From positions 4,544 to 68,543 of the IMG/VR virus record IMGVR_UViG_3300029841_000009: 64,000 nt of DNA. One strand, written 5' to 3'. Positions 27,732-38,338 of the stretch are shown one piece after another. Positions within the stretch are counted from its first letter, which is position 1. Every line of letters starts with the position of its first letter. Under the pieces are notes generated by a model that saw nothing but the letters and a program-made list of their open reading frames with translations, did not search any database and was not told the origin of the DNA. Position numbers and translations under genes: made by a program. This DNA comes from a virus (lineage: Duplodnaviria; Heunggongvirae; Uroviricota; Caudoviricetes).

Positions 27732-27833
27732 CCCAATGTAAGTTATCGGCTTGCCCCACAATAAGTTATCTATCTTCAAACGCCCCTATATTAACACTCG
27801 CAAAGTGTCAAAATGACACTTTGCGCATTGTGT

Positions 27834-28214
27834 TTACTTAACGAGGAATAAAAATGGTTTATCGTTCGGCGGTGTACTCGGGGCTGGCTCGCTTTTGCTC
27901 ATACGATCAGTGTACCAGGCCAGCTCCTTGTCAAAGTAAGCCTGATTAAAATAGGCCATGAATGTGGTTTCAAATCCATAACGACCGCTAATACGCAGCA
28001 TCTGATTGCCGTTCTCTGTTTCCAGATATACCTGGGCACGTTCCTGATTCTCCTTCAGCCAAGTTAAAGCCTCGTCGCACGAGGACACACGATACTCATC
28101 ATCGTAGCCGTCATCGATGCGGCTTGAAGAAGAACGGCAAATCACGCCAACAGAACCAGCCAGGATAGTTTGAATTTTAAGGAAAGCGTTTTTGCGGATT
28201 TTAATCATGCTCAT
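27834..28214 (-). CDS. Hypothetical protein driven by cassette copy 2
   Basis: 126-aa ORF directly downstream of the conserved promoter-leader cassette. Confidence 0.45.
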   Translation of the reverse strand: MSMIKIRKNAFLKIQTILAGSVGVICRSSSSRIDDGYDDEYRVSSCDEALTWLKENQERAQVYLETENGNQMLRISGRYGFETTFMAYFNQAYFDKELAWYTDRMSKSEPAPSTPPNDKPFLFLVK

Positions 28215-28333
28215 CGGGTTATCTCCGGTTTAACCAGGGCGGGTATCGCTCGGTTTCGGGTATAACCATAGGAAATTTTTTCCCACCTGTAAAGCACTTT
28301 TATATAAATCTATAATTATATAATTCTATGAGC
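28215..28333 (-). promoter_or_regulatory. Conserved promoter-leader cassette, copy 2
   Basis: Near-identical to 58794-58911; -35 TTTACA, 17 bp, -10 TATGGT, leader, GGAG SD, ATG. Confidence 0.5.
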
Positions 28334-28334
28334 A

Positions 28335-28361
28335 CAAAAAAGCCCCTTTGCAACAGGGGCT
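28335..28361 (-). terminator. Rho-independent terminator after the higBA operon
   Basis: AGCCCCT-ttgcaac-AGGGGCT with T6 on the minus strand. Confidence 0.55.
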
Positions 28362-28376
28362 TATCATTCGTTCTGA

Positions 28377-28676
28377 TCAGATGTTAAACGCTATTCGTTT
28401 TCCTGTGGGAAGCTCAACATCCAGGCTTAATTTGCCTCCCATAGCTTCAACGTAACGCTTTAATGTCGCCAGCTTTAAATCATTTCCGCGCTGCTCCAGC
28501 TTTGTTACTGCTGGCTGGCTTATACCCATCGCCTCAGCAACCTGCTTTTGTGATAACTGGAGTTCTTCACGCATCATCTGCAAGCCGACCTCAAGAATCA
28601 TCTCATCTGCCATTTCTTTAATTCGCGCCTGGCTTTCCGGTAAACGGCTGGCAATCACCTCATCTAATGTTCTCAT
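28377..28676 (-). CDS. higA: HigA-like antitoxin (HTH-XRE)
   Basis: 99 aa with HTH (LSQKQVAEAMGISQPAVTKLEQ); immediately downstream of and overlapping the toxin gene. Confidence 0.65.
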   Translation of the reverse strand: MRTLDEVIASRLPESQARIKEMADEMILEVGLQMMREELQLSQKQVAEAMGISQPAVTKLEQRGNDLKLATLKRYVEAMGGKLSLDVELPTGKRIAFNI

Positions 28677-29029
28677 TACTTGCTCTCCAGTGTGTTCAGA
28701 TGTGCTGCAAACTCATCCTCAGCTATACGCACCAGTTTTTTATAAAACCGCTTATCGTTACTTTTGTCTCCTGCACAAAGAACGATAGCCCGGCGAATCG
28801 GATCGAACGCATAAAAGGCTCTTATCGGACGGCCAGAAAACTGAACGCGAAGCTCTTTCATATTTTTGTACCGAGAACCTTTTACGGTATCGGCATATGG
28901 CCTGGGTAACTCAGGTCCGTAAACCTGTAGCTTTTTCAAATCAGCCAAAACCTTTTCCTGAAGAGCGTCTTCTTGCTCATTTAGCCAGCCGTCAAATCGC
29001 TGGCTAAAAAGTACCGTCCACATGCTCAA
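28676..29029 (-). CDS. higB: HigB-like toxin (RelE/ParE superfamily)
   Basis: 117 aa; toxin-first order; resembles the HigB / Gp49-like killer family. Confidence 0.65.
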   Translation of the reverse strand: MSMWTVLFSQRFDGWLNEQEDALQEKVLADLKKLQVYGPELPRPYADTVKGSRYKNMKELRVQFSGRPIRAFYAFDPIRRAIVLCAGDKSNDKRFYKKLVRIAEDEFAAHLNTLESK

Positions 29030-29267
29030 TCCTATAACCTGTAGTTTATATCACTAACTATATAACCTGTGAGTTATAATTTCAAGAAAAACGGGGCCAT
29101 TTAACATAATGGACGTTATCGGCACCACCGGATCACCGTTCATTGTCGGATCTAAAAAATCCGCTCAAAAGATCATGTTTTCCTGGGCGTTTTCCACCGT
29201 TTTTTATGTTGCTTATTTGTTAATGAAATCTCGTTTTCAGTTTCGCCTCATTTTCGACGCGAAAGCC

Positions 29268-29558
29268 CTATTTTTGTGACTTTACTCCTGGCATATGGAC
29301 TTCCCAGCGACGAATCCCCATAGCTGCGCAAAAATCAGCCACATAATTCAATCCCGCCCATTCGCGGATACCACCACGGGCTTTTTCAATGAAAACGGCA
29401 ATCCCTTTTTTATTGAGAGCAAAAAGCCGCCAGCTTTTTGTCACTTCGTCCTGGGTAGCCACAACACAAGTGAAAGCTCCCATGCGATACAGGTCCAAGA
29501 ACTCTTTGCGTGTTTTGCGTACAAGTTCCATAACAAACCTCATATTTGCATGTTTCAA
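29268..29558 (-). CDS. Hypothetical protein (plasmid backbone)
   Basis: 96-aa ORF near the replicon. Confidence 0.35.
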   Translation of the reverse strand: MKHANMRFVMELVRKTRKEFLDLYRMGAFTCVVATQDEVTKSWRLFALNKKGIAVFIEKARGGIREWAGLNYVADFCAAMGIRRWEVHMPGVKSQK

Positions 29559-29854
29559 ACATCTGTTTTGTTATCAATGAAGATTAACCCTAACCCAGCG
29601 AAGTAACACAGCAGCGCCCAGGCTGCATACGGAATGCTGGATCTGGATGTGGACTCCTTTAACATCTGCCAGTTGCGAACATTGCGACTATCTTTTAAGC
29701 CTAGTTTTTTGGCTAACTGCGAGCCGCTCATTCCGGTCAGGCCAATGACTGCCCGAACTTCTCCACATGTAGGAGATTCCCATTCATCCGCTTTTTTTAA
29801 ACAAGCCGGATTCAACATTTTTAAAACAGTATCTTTATCCATAACCATCTCCAT
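29555..29854 (-). CDS. Putative DNA-binding protein with C-terminal hydrophobic segment
   Basis: HTH-like GEVRAVIGLTGMSGSQLAKKLGL plus C-terminal IPYAAWALLCYFAGLGLIFI. Confidence 0.3.
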   Translation of the reverse strand: MEMVMDKDTVLKMLNPACLKKADEWESPTCGEVRAVIGLTGMSGSQLAKKLGLKDSRNVRNWQMLKESTSRSSIPYAAWALLCYFAGLGLIFIDNKTDV

Positions 29855-30039
29855 TTATTATATCTACGATGATAGGAAATCTTTTCCTATGTGGCAATAG
29901 AAATTTACTACATTGCGTATAAGACAAGTTTTCTATGTCTAATAGGAAATGATGTTTCTTACATTTTATCGCGTTCTGATGGCTACTGTGTGCGTATTTA
30001 TCGACGTTTATTGATAAGGCTCGCCCCTTCCTCCTGCAA

Positions 30040-30350
30040 AGCCCGGCCGTAGGCCTTATTTCGGCCTTATATAAATTGATTTTGTATAGTTCGAAACGTG
30101 CCGTTTCGAAAAGGATGATCAGGCTGCTCCATGCCTCCGGCAAGTGCCGGAGGAGGTATATTTGAGCGTAGCGACTCGAACCGGCGCGAGCTTTAGCTCG
30201 CTGCAAGGGCGAACATATTCACAGGCAAAGCCTGTGTAAGTTAAATAAAGAAAGTCTTAATAAAAGAAAGTGATTTTGCATTTATTTGTTTAGTGCATCT
30301 ATTATAAAAAACCATTTGCATATACATATCAGAACTGTGGATAACTTTAT
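30040..30350. other. Candidate oriR: hairpin cluster, AT-rich tract and DnaA box
   Basis: DnaA box TGTGGATAA at 30336-30344; palindromes at 30092-30108, 30134-30153, 30186-30201, 30221-30237; TTTGCAT repeats; directly downstream of repA. Confidence 0.5.
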
Positions 30351-30485
30351 TAGCCGATGCCTGTAAAGGCGATATTTTTGCTGTGTTCAGGTTTAGAGAA
30401 AATTAATTTAGATTGTTTTTTGAACAGATATTTTATTGCGACGTAGATAATCCTCCGGTAAAACCGGATTCATCATTCAGGTGGG

Positions 30486-31334
30486 TTAATGTTGGAGTGA
30501 TTTCCAGGTCTTTCTTAACCTGTTATAACGCTGCTCAACGAGGGATCGTAAATATGCAAGGTCAGCACCAGGATACATGCCATCAGCAAATTCCTGACTA
30601 ACCTCTCTGGTGATTTGATGACGAAGTTCGGCCTCTCCCTTTTCCCGAACAAGACGCGCAGCTCTCTCCGCTGCTTTCTGTTTTGCCTTTATCTCTCTGG
30701 CCGTCTTCCTCTGACGCCATACATTCTCCATCTGCTCCTGAATAACAATACGCTTATAATCAGCCTCCGTTATCGCTTTTTTAAGCCGTTCGCTATTCTT
30801 CGCATTGAAGTAATTAAGTTTCTGGCTAACCGCACGTCTCCATGCTTGTTCAGTAATACCAACGGTTTCCAGCAGTTGATCACGAATCTCTATTTTCGCT
30901 GGCCAATACTGTTTATTCACCCGATCCCAGCGACGTTCATAATCAATAAAACCTAACGCTTTCAGTTGCGACAACGCCCTTGTACAGCGCGTTATAGACT
31001 TGTTCCCAGCTTCGGATACGGTAGACAGGCCGCAAAAATCAGCCAACGCCTCAGCACTAGCCAGAACCCGCTTAGAAATGATGTTTACATGGTGCAAAAT
31101 CGCAGCGATCACAGCATTAATCGCCCGACGACGATGCTCGTTTATCCGGCGCTTCCGCTCTGACGGTTGATTAACGTAGAACGCAACCTCACACGTAAGA
31201 TCACGCCCATTAATGCGCTGTAAAGCATCAGATAACACCAGCGGCAGCTTGTGCGTATGGTGCTTTGGAGGCTGGAACTCCGGCGACAAATTACAAACGT
31301 AAGCTGAACGTAGAGACGGCATTGGTCTATCCAT
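30486..31334 (-). CDS. repA: IncFII-type replication initiator RepA (ORF extends to 31466 but likely starts at MDRPMPSL)
   Basis: Segment KSITRCTRALSQLKALGFIDYE and basic C-terminus resemble IncFII RepA1; the upstream in-frame extension overlaps an antisense promoter/terminator. Confidence 0.75.
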   Translation of the reverse strand: MDRPMPSLRSAYVCNLSPEFQPPKHHTHKLPLVLSDALQRINGRDLTCEVAFYVNQPSERKRRINEHRRRAINAVIAAILHHVNIISKRVLASAEALADFCGLSTVSEAGNKSITRCTRALSQLKALGFIDYERRWDRVNKQYWPAKIEIRDQLLETVGITEQAWRRAVSQKLNYFNAKNSERLKKAITEADYKRIVIQEQMENVWRQRKTAREIKAKQKAAERAARLVREKGEAELRHQITREVSQEFADGMYPGADLAYLRSLVEQRYNRLRKTWKSLQH

Positions 31335-31378
31335 ATGTTCGCTCTTGCGTCCACGGAAAACCAACGTATAATGGGAGT

Positions 31379-31460
31379 TGTCGAGGCGCCCATGGATTGT
31401 TGTTGTTGGTTTTCCGTGGATGTCGCAAGAAGCCCGCAGATTTATCTGCGGGCTTTTTGT
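31379..31460 (+). ncRNA. CopA-like antisense RNA candidate opposite the repA leader
   Basis: Plus-strand promoter TTGCGT-16 bp-TATAAT (31345-31372), stem-loop, and terminator GCCCGCAG-attta-TCTGCGGGC-TTTTT (31430-31458). Confidence 0.35.
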
Positions 31461-31502
31461 TTCCATATCTGGTCACTTTCCAACCAGACACCCACAATCA
31501 TA

Positions 31503-31517
31503 ACCACGTTACGTGGT
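31503..31517. promoter_or_regulatory. Operator site (ACCAC-GTTAC-GTGGT) in the repA promoter region
   Basis: Perfect palindrome of the same family as the cro/CI operators. Confidence 0.45.
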
Positions 31518-31829
31518 TTTAAGAGAACTCTACCACAACACTTTCGGTCATGCACGAAGTCTCTCACTGATCGAACGATAATCCACCAGTAAAAGGATCT
31601 AAATTGGATCTCGTTTTGCGAGCATCATACTACTGGCCTAACTCCAGTCAATGATTCCCAGCCAGAAACCTGCGGTAAACTCATCGTTCAGCAATATGCT
31701 GTCCGGCTTCAAAGATAAGGTGACATCATCCCTTAACAGCGCGGCCAGCTCCGTTAAAGGGTTGTTTTGACTTAATGCAAAACCGCTAATAAACATATTG
31801 GCGGTTTTGTTCCTTAAATCATCTTGCCT

Positions 31830-32405
31830 TTACACTAATTCTGGCCATTCGATATCAGGGGCATTTTCCGGCTGAACGCGATTCAGTAGCACACGGTATT
31901 TTTTCCAGTGTGTCAGGCTTAACTTTTCTTCCTCGGTAGCCATATCTAAATCGACAGCATCCTGCAGAGTGGCAATAATTTCACCTGCATATGCAATCAG
32001 CTCTTTCTTCTGAGAGTCAGCCGCTCTGACAAGCGCATCACGCTCTGCATTCTCATCATTCACCCACGCATTGCCGTTCCATTTCTGATAATCCCCCTCC
32101 GGGGAAATGGCTGTCACGTCTGGAGGTAATACGCCAAGTTCAGAAATATAAATGGCTGCTCCCGTTTTCGTTTCATAGACGGTCTTTCCGCGATGGTCTT
32201 CCATCAGTTCCCATTTCATTTCATCTGCATTGAAAACGGCTGCATAACCCGCCGGAATATCAGGCGGTGCAATATCTGTACTGTTTGCAGGCAGGCCAGT
32301 ATACGGTGGGATATATGCGTCACTTTCGCCAATAAATTCATTGGTTCCATCAAGTAAATTGAAAACGCGGATAGTTTGTGCTTCTGCACTCATTCTGAAA
32401 GCCAT
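31830..32405 (-). CDS. Tail fibre assembly protein
   Basis: 191 aa directly downstream of the tail fibre gene; Tfa-like size and composition. Confidence 0.7.
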   Translation of the reverse strand: MAFRMSAEAQTIRVFNLLDGTNEFIGESDAYIPPYTGLPANSTDIAPPDIPAGYAAVFNADEMKWELMEDHRGKTVYETKTGAAIYISELGVLPPDVTAISPEGDYQKWNGNAWVNDENAERDALVRAADSQKKELIAYAGEIIATLQDAVDLDMATEEEKLSLTHWKKYRVLLNRVQPENAPDIEWPELV

Positions 32406-35209
32406 TATGCAAGCCTCACAATATAGTTAAATGCGATGTTTTTGACGGTGTTTTCGGTATTACCCGTAGCATTTACCGTGATGGTGTGTCCGTGCGCACC
32501 TAATGCTACAGTGTGTGCATGGGCACCAATACCTACAGTGTGGTTATGCTGACCAATATCCACCGTATGGGCGTGCGCTCCGGCGGTGCTGGACACCTGA
32601 TTGTTTCCTGAAGCCTGTACACGCTGTTTTCCACCGACAGAGTCGCCGCCATAAACACCACCGACAGTGTGCGTATGATTGCCCGTATTGTTCGTTGATT
32701 TTGTGCCATGATTAAACGTACTGACCGTCTTCGTGCCGTAATCAAACGAACTGGTTGTTTTCGTTCCCAAATCCGTATTTGACGCACTGGCACTGTGAGT
32801 ATGCGATTTAATCCCGTCCTGTTCCTGTGACAATACGGCACGCCCACTGGCGGGTTTGCCCTTGATTGTCCAGCCGCGCATATCTGGAATAACACCAGAA
32901 GGATAGGCTATAGCCAGTTTCGGATATGCTGCCTTATCAAACGTCTGCCCCTGCATAATTGCATAGCCCGCAGGTGGTGTATCTGATGGCCACGGCAACG
33001 GAACACCTGGCGGAAATGCTTCAATATTTGCCGAGCCGTCAAATTTTACGCCGTTAATTGTCCTTGCCGTTTTCAGCTTTGTAGCTGTAGCCGCATTGCC
33101 GGACAGTTCACCAGAAAGACCACCGCTGAATGTCTGTTTCGCCGCCCATGTCTGAGCTTCGTCGATAATTGGCACACGTCTTGTCGTGATCGTGCGGCTT
33201 CCCGGATTTCCTGAAATACGCACCATAAAAAAGCGGTAATTCGCTTTACTTACAGTGCTGCGCCATACATGCATTGAGCGCCCCGTACCGGAATCATCAC
33301 TCGGACCAACTGCGATGTTTATCAGGTTGCCATCAATGACGCCCCAGTCCATACCGTCGGGAATGTTGGTCATGTTATCAAGCCGAACGGTTATCAGACT
33401 GCCCGGCACAAAGTCGTGGGTCTGCCAGTCCAGGCTGGTGAGCTTTGCCACTGCACCGCCGATACCCAGATTCAGGGGAAGTGAATACGAGGTGTAGACT
33501 TCCCGCCATTCGCTCCATGAGCTGCCGGTAAAAACGCGCTCAAACGTGCGACCTTTAAGGGTTGTACCTGTTCCGGCAGTTGTATAACGCTGCCATACGT
33601 TAACACCATCAAAGCGCCTCAACACTTCCAGAATACCGAGGACTGTCACGCCGTTTCCGTCCAGTATTGGACCATTGGTCGCTTTACCTGTAACGCTGTA
33701 AATACCTGGTGAAGTCACATCATTCAAATCCCCGTCGTAATAACGACTCTCTGACTGATGACCGACTCTTAACCACGGTTCCCACTGCGGATTTGATGCA
33801 TCCCAGCTTGCCGCAAGGCAGCGGACATACATATTTCCACGGCGAGTGGTATAACGTTGCGTTCTTCCATAATTCCCGCCTTCGAGGATCTCAAGCGTCC
33901 CCTGAGCAAAGCCGCCTTCCTCTGGATAATTGCGTTCATATGAAGCTATAGCCGAGCTACTGTTACGCCATAAACCAAGATGCTCGGCGGCTCCAAGCGT
34001 ATTCAGGTCTATAGTCGTACTCAAAGGGCGGGTAGCAGATTGAGTGTGACGCCATACGCCCCACGGACCATCAGTGCCATTCCACTTACTGGCGAGTTTA
34101 CGCATGTATACATTGCCGTCTCCCGTGGTAAAGCGTTGAGTACCTGCAAAATTGCCGGCAGCAAAAACCTCAAGCACACCGACAGCATTATCTTCCGGGA
34201 AATTTTTCTCCAGTGTTGCGTTAGTTGAGGTAGCTTTAGACCAGATCCCCAGATAAGCCTTAACGGGACCAAATGTATTCAGGTCGGCATCAACCGGCAT
34301 TTCGCCATTGTTTTTCATAAACGTCAGGCTAGTAACGCCAACATTGTCCAGAAAAGCTGATTTATCCTGGATATCTGCACCGTTCTGATTTTTCGCCAGA
34401 CGTGAATTTGCGTTGTCATTTGCTGCCTTGACCGCTTTTGGCGTTGCCGCCTGCGTTTCAGACGTACTGTTAGTGGCACTACTGAGCTGAACAATCCCTT
34501 TTCGCGCCGTGGTAGCGTCCTGTGCGGTGTATTTAGCGTTAGCCAGGTCATATGCAGCCTTAACAGCCTTAGGCGTCGCTGCGAGCTTTTCAGACGTGCT
34601 ATTGGTGGCATTACTGAGTTGAACAATGCCTTTTGATGTTAAAGTTGCATCAGGATGATTACGTGATTGCTCATGTTTTACAATAGCTTGCTTAAGCCGC
34701 TTTGCTGAAACAGCCAGGGAATCATCTGTACCTGCATCAATTTCTTGTTCATTAGCAAATCTTGCTACTCCAACAACAGTTTCGGTTGCGGGAGGGTTAA
34801 TAAACTCAACATCACCAAATGTAATGTTTTTAGTATCAAGATTTTTAATTGCTATATCACTTGATATTAAAGCAATTGTAGAAGATGCTTTATTTATTAT
34901 TACTTGTTCTTGCGAGTATACAGCAAACAATGTTCCTTTATTTGTATACAAACCTATTGTATGGACAACATACTCATCTTTACTATCATCCTTCGCAGTT
35001 ACATGAATGGTATCAGGAGAAACGACTTTGCCTCCTATTGTGGTAAGTCGCTTTATTTCATCTGTTATTTTTGTTTGTGTGGTTGATGTGGCATAATATC
35101 TACTACCTAAACCAACAGAAACGATCTCAACTTTATTTGTTCCAGTCTTGTTGGCATTAACCAGCGCCTTACGCCCGGCGTCAGTCATCGTAAATAATAA
35201 TTTACTCAC
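32405..35209 (-). CDS. Tail fibre protein
   Basis: 934 aa; internal tandem repeat [24 protein letters not shown] x2; C-terminal His-box repeats (HTHTV, AHAHTV, HNHTV, AHAHTV, HGHTI). Confidence 0.8.
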   Translation of the reverse strand: MSKLLFTMTDAGRKALVNANKTGTNKVEIVSVGLGSRYYATSTTQTKITDEIKRLTTIGGKVVSPDTIHVTAKDDSKDEYVVHTIGLYTNKGTLFAVYSQEQVIINKASSTIALISSDIAIKNLDTKNITFGDVEFINPPATETVVGVARFANEQEIDAGTDDSLAVSAKRLKQAIVKHEQSRNHPDATLTSKGIVQLSNATNSTSEKLAATPKAVKAAYDLANAKYTAQDATTARKGIVQLSSATNSTSETQAATPKAVKAANDNANSRLAKNQNGADIQDKSAFLDNVGVTSLTFMKNNGEMPVDADLNTFGPVKAYLGIWSKATSTNATLEKNFPEDNAVGVLEVFAAGNFAGTQRFTTGDGNVYMRKLASKWNGTDGPWGVWRHTQSATRPLSTTIDLNTLGAAEHLGLWRNSSSAIASYERNYPEEGGFAQGTLEILEGGNYGRTQRYTTRRGNMYVRCLAASWDASNPQWEPWLRVGHQSESRYYDGDLNDVTSPGIYSVTGKATNGPILDGNGVTVLGILEVLRRFDGVNVWQRYTTAGTGTTLKGRTFERVFTGSSWSEWREVYTSYSLPLNLGIGGAVAKLTSLDWQTHDFVPGSLITVRLDNMTNIPDGMDWGVIDGNLINIAVGPSDDSGTGRSMHVWRSTVSKANYRFFMVRISGNPGSRTITTRRVPIIDEAQTWAAKQTFSGGLSGELSGNAATATKLKTARTINGVKFDGSANIEAFPPGVPLPWPSDTPPAGYAIMQGQTFDKAAYPKLAIAYPSGVIPDMRGWTIKGKPASGRAVLSQEQDGIKSHTHSASASNTDLGTKTTSSFDYGTKTVSTFNHGTKSTNNTGNHTHTVGGVYGGDSVGGKQRVQASGNNQVSSTAGAHAHTVDIGQHNHTVGIGAHAHTVALGAHGHTITVNATGNTENTVKNIAFNYIVRLA

Positions 35210-35239
35210 GCTTAATTCCTTGGATTAACAAATCGCAAA

Positions 35240-35821
35240 TTAGCACTCACCAATTAATCGTACATAAGACACAGGCTGGAAAGCACCGACAATACCAACA
35301 CCACCTGAAACATTGGTTGCTTGCGAAAATGTAAATAGTGTTCTTGCCGACTTTGCACTCTTGATACTTCTTAACGTATCCTCCAACATCTCTTTCGAAG
35401 GAACAGCACCATCAAAAGAGTTAATCGAAGCAACAATTGAGGCTGTATATGGTTCGCCAGGTGGTGATGTTTCAAACCATTCTGTTATGTTTACCTCTCC
35501 ACCCAAGCTATTTACTACATCTTCAACCGCTGCCCTTGTACCCTTTATTCGCTTTGTTCGTATTATTGATTTAAAAACAGAACGCTTTAACGATACAGGC
35601 CAACTATCCCTCCATGTATCAGCATTCCATTGCCAAGCTAAATGATCGAGAACAACTGAGTCCAGGTTATCAACAACGCTATATATTTCTGTCTTATATA
35701 TTAAATTGTTAATTGCTTGTAGTTCATCATCAATAGCTTTCGACATAGCTATCACGTTGGGATCGCTAGCTAAGTTAGGAGGTAAAACATCCAACAAGCT
35801 AACATTAAAGATATCAGCCAT
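35240..35821 (-). CDS. Tail protein I-like (baseplate)
   Basis: 193 aa between the J-like gene and tail fibre, P2 gpI position. Confidence 0.6.
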   Translation of the reverse strand: MADIFNVSLLDVLPPNLASDPNVIAMSKAIDDELQAINNLIYKTEIYSVVDNLDSVVLDHLAWQWNADTWRDSWPVSLKRSVFKSIIRTKRIKGTRAAVEDVVNSLGGEVNITEWFETSPPGEPYTASIVASINSFDGAVPSKEMLEDTLRSIKSAKSARTLFTFSQATNVSGGVGIVGAFQPVSYVRLIGEC

Positions 35822-36938
35822 CCTCTAACCCCGCATACTGGCAATTTATATTTCTCTCTCTGGCGACCTGTGTCTCTCCAACCACATTAAAAACAGGACT
35901 TGATATTTCTAATCTTTTAGCCCCAGCATTTTTTAAACGTTGAATAATTTCATCTGGATTTATATCTCTTCCCATAACCGAACGTTGCCATTGTTTATAC
36001 TCATCAATAGCTTTCTCAACCTCACTTTGAATTAAAGTTGTTCTGTTTTTGTCCGATGAGTTAATCCAGTATTTAATTATTATATCGTATTCAATGCTCT
36101 CTGGTTTCTTAACAAGAACTTTATCTGTGAATGGTCGAATATTAGTTGCAGAGAGAACGCTATTTATCTGCTCTAATAGTTCATCAGAAGGTATATCTCC
36201 GTTCTCTAACAAAGAACGGATTTCTACAATTCCGGGCGATGGTGTATATACATTCACATCTTTTATATTCTGATTGGCTGTTCTTGTCCAATATTTATAA
36301 GAATCCTCCGGCCCTGCTGTAGACAGTTTTTCCGGCGACAGTTTTATTCTTTCAGCATAATTATCATCTGACTCCGTATCAGCACCAGAATTAGATGTTG
36401 TTACATTCCTTACTCTGGAAACATACGGCAACGGAGTCACCAACTCATTTATTTGCCCTGGTAAAAAGCCATTCCCAGATAAACCAGGTATAACAGCATA
36501 TCCTGAGACTGTACCAACTGTTTTCCCAGCAGGTATTTCCAACAAAATATCTGTTTGGAAAATAACACCATTTCCAGTTGAAACTTGAGTGCCAGCAGGT
36601 ATTGTATATATCCCCGATAATTTTGTTGACAGATTAAACTCAAATGTAGTCAAGGCAGATTGAGCTTCCAGCCTAGGCGTATCCGTCAGATAGCCTATAT
36701 GGTCGAGATATTCACCTTCACCATATGTAAGAAGGTTTTGTTTTGCAGAAAAATCGATAGCTTTTCTTTGCTGTATAATAATCTCACACAATGATAAGAT
36801 GAATAATCTACGTGGATCAGCAGGTGCTAATGTTTCACCTGTTATACTCTCAAAAGCCCTGATTGAACGAGTTGTTATATCAGTCGGGTTAGAATCTGCG
36901 AAAGTAATATCTGGCAAACCACCACGCGGCAACGTCAT
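35814..36938 (-). CDS. Baseplate assembly protein J-like
   Basis: 374 aa; position and size of P2 gpJ / Mu gp47-type baseplate wedge. Confidence 0.7.
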   Translation of the reverse strand: MTLPRGGLPDITFADSNPTDITTRSIRAFESITGETLAPADPRRLFILSLCEIIIQQRKAIDFSAKQNLLTYGEGEYLDHIGYLTDTPRLEAQSALTTFEFNLSTKLSGIYTIPAGTQVSTGNGVIFQTDILLEIPAGKTVGTVSGYAVIPGLSGNGFLPGQINELVTPLPYVSRVRNVTTSNSGADTESDDNYAERIKLSPEKLSTAGPEDSYKYWTRTANQNIKDVNVYTPSPGIVEIRSLLENGDIPSDELLEQINSVLSATNIRPFTDKVLVKKPESIEYDIIIKYWINSSDKNRTTLIQSEVEKAIDEYKQWQRSVMGRDINPDEIIQRLKNAGAKRLEISSPVFNVVGETQVARERNINCQYAGLEDG

Positions 36939-37255
36939 TCTCTAACTCCTATCACAAGTTTTGGCCTAATAAAACCATCAGAAACGTCCGTTCTTTCAAA
37001 AGTAACAGAATGGATAATCGCTCTAGGCTCAAACTCACTAATTTTTTGAATTATTTCTCGTGTTGCTGTAGCAATAAAAATTGGACTAGAGCTATCAACA
37101 AGACTTGAATTAATTCCTAATTTTCTGGCATATGGTACAGTGCCAATTTGAGTATTAATAATAGTAGAGACATTTTGCAAAACTTCTTCTACAACTGTTT
37201 TGGGCGACCAATCAATCGAGTAAGAAGGTGATGATATGGTAAACGTATTATTCAT
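36935..37255 (-). CDS. Baseplate assembly protein W-like (gp25-like)
   Basis: 106 aa, coupled upstream of the J-like gene. Confidence 0.65.
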   Translation of the reverse strand: MNNTFTISSPSYSIDWSPKTVVEEVLQNVSTIINTQIGTVPYARKLGINSSLVDSSSPIFIATATREIIQKISEFEPRAIIHSVTFERTDVSDGFIRPKLVIGVRE

Positions 37256-37719
37256 AATAATTTACCTAACGCACTTCTAGTTTTTGACTCTATATTGCCA
37301 GCAATATCAACTAATGCTTCTTTCAGAGAGGTCTGTCCGACTTCCTGTAATTTAATGCCGACGATAATCACTCGTGGATTCCCAGTTGGACCGAAATAAG
37401 TCCATGATTCCTCTATATCTGTAATTATAAAATTACCAAAATACTGAATACCAATTACAACAGGATTTACTTCCTGAATTGATTGCATTGTCCTAAGTAA
37501 TGAAAGCGCAGCCAATGGAACAATGCCAAGTGTTGTATCCAACCGCATATTAAAACTAACTTCATCCAGATCTGGACCTATATCCTCCAGAACAGGTTTA
37601 AGCCCAATAACATCATGGCGCGCTACACGACGCTTTGACGTCCTTTTAAAATTGTTGAACGTATTCACCACTATTGATGAGGCAACAAAAGGCATTGTAC
37701 CAAGCATACCCACAATCAT
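37252..37719 (-). CDS. Baseplate protein (hypothetical)
   Basis: 155-aa ORF between the V-like and W-like genes. Confidence 0.4.
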   Translation of the reverse strand: MIVGMLGTMPFVASSIVVNTFNNFKRTSKRRVARHDVIGLKPVLEDIGPDLDEVSFNMRLDTTLGIVPLAALSLLRTMQSIQEVNPVVIGIQYFGNFIITDIEESWTYFGPTGNPRVIIVGIKLQEVGQTSLKEALVDIAGNIESKTRSALGKLL

Positions 37720-38336
37720 GCCTGAGCCTCCGTTGTCGGAGCGTATTCCCCCTGAGCTGTGTGATGGTGGCCTTTAGATTTAATCCCATCAACATCTATA
37801 TCACCACCAACAACCTTAACATTCCCAGAAATTGTAGCTGCAACACCTCCAGCAGAAGATCCTTTCATTCCACCTTTGAAGGTTAGTAATCCTTCAACTG
37901 TAGCATTTCCGGTAATGATGGTTTCTGGAGCATCAATAGTTACGGTTCCTGTAGCCTTAATGGTTACATCTCCGACAGCATCAACAAGGAGTAAATTAGA
38001 TTCTCTGTCTATCTCAATACGAGTTCCGTTATTAAATCTAATGACGCGTTTATTAACAGTATTAGATGGCGGCTTCTGTGTTTCATCATAAAAACTACCA
38101 AGAATAAAACCTTGTTGCGGCCCCGCGGGATGAAAGATACACAAAACTTGCTCACCAATATCTGGCATCCAGTAATCAGCATTCTTATCTGTATTTTTCA
38201 CAATAACTGATAACTTTGCCGAAGTGACGCTATCCTGATCATCGAAAGTAACTCTTGCTGTAACATCACCATCATCAATATCAGAAACAACGCCAACTCT
38301 TATAGTCTGACGTAATAATGTTTCTAAATCATTCAT
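37716..38336 (-). CDS. Baseplate spike protein V-like
   Basis: 206 aa; N-terminal pattern LLRQTIRVGVVSDID...WMPDIGEQVLCIFHPAG...GFILGSFY typical of gpV. Confidence 0.7.
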   Translation of the reverse strand: MNDLETLLRQTIRVGVVSDIDDGDVTARVTFDDQDSVTSAKLSVIVKNTDKNADYWMPDIGEQVLCIFHPAGPQQGFILGSFYDETQKPPSNTVNKRVIRFNNGTRIEIDRESNLLLVDAVGDVTIKATGTVTIDAPETIITGNATVEGLLTFKGGMKGSSAGGVAATISGNVKVVGGDIDVDGIKSKGHHHTAQGEYAPTTEAQA

Positions 38337-38338
38337 AA

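Noticed and set aside
29835-30206. 123-aa minus-strand ORF within the oriR region
   Set aside because: Lies across hairpins and the AT-rich origin region, has no SD; likely a chance ORF.
31335-31466. N-terminal 44-codon extension of the RepA ORF
   Set aside because: Overlaps the CopA-like antisense promoter, stem-loop and terminator; RepA homologs of about 285 aa fit a start at MDRPMPSL (31334).
31638-31796. 52-aa minus-strand ORF (MFISGFALSQNNPLTELAALLRDDVTLSLKPDSILLNDEFTAGFWLGIIDWS) between Tfa and repA
   Set aside because: SD is about 15 nt from the ATG and the ORF overlaps a hairpin; could be a remnant of an alternative tail-fibre assembly gene, but evidence is insufficient.
32405-35209. 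Diversity-generating retroelement or invertible tail-fibre segment
   Set aside because: His-box repeats and internal tandem repeats are present, but no reverse transcriptase, template repeat or DNA invertase gene is nearby.
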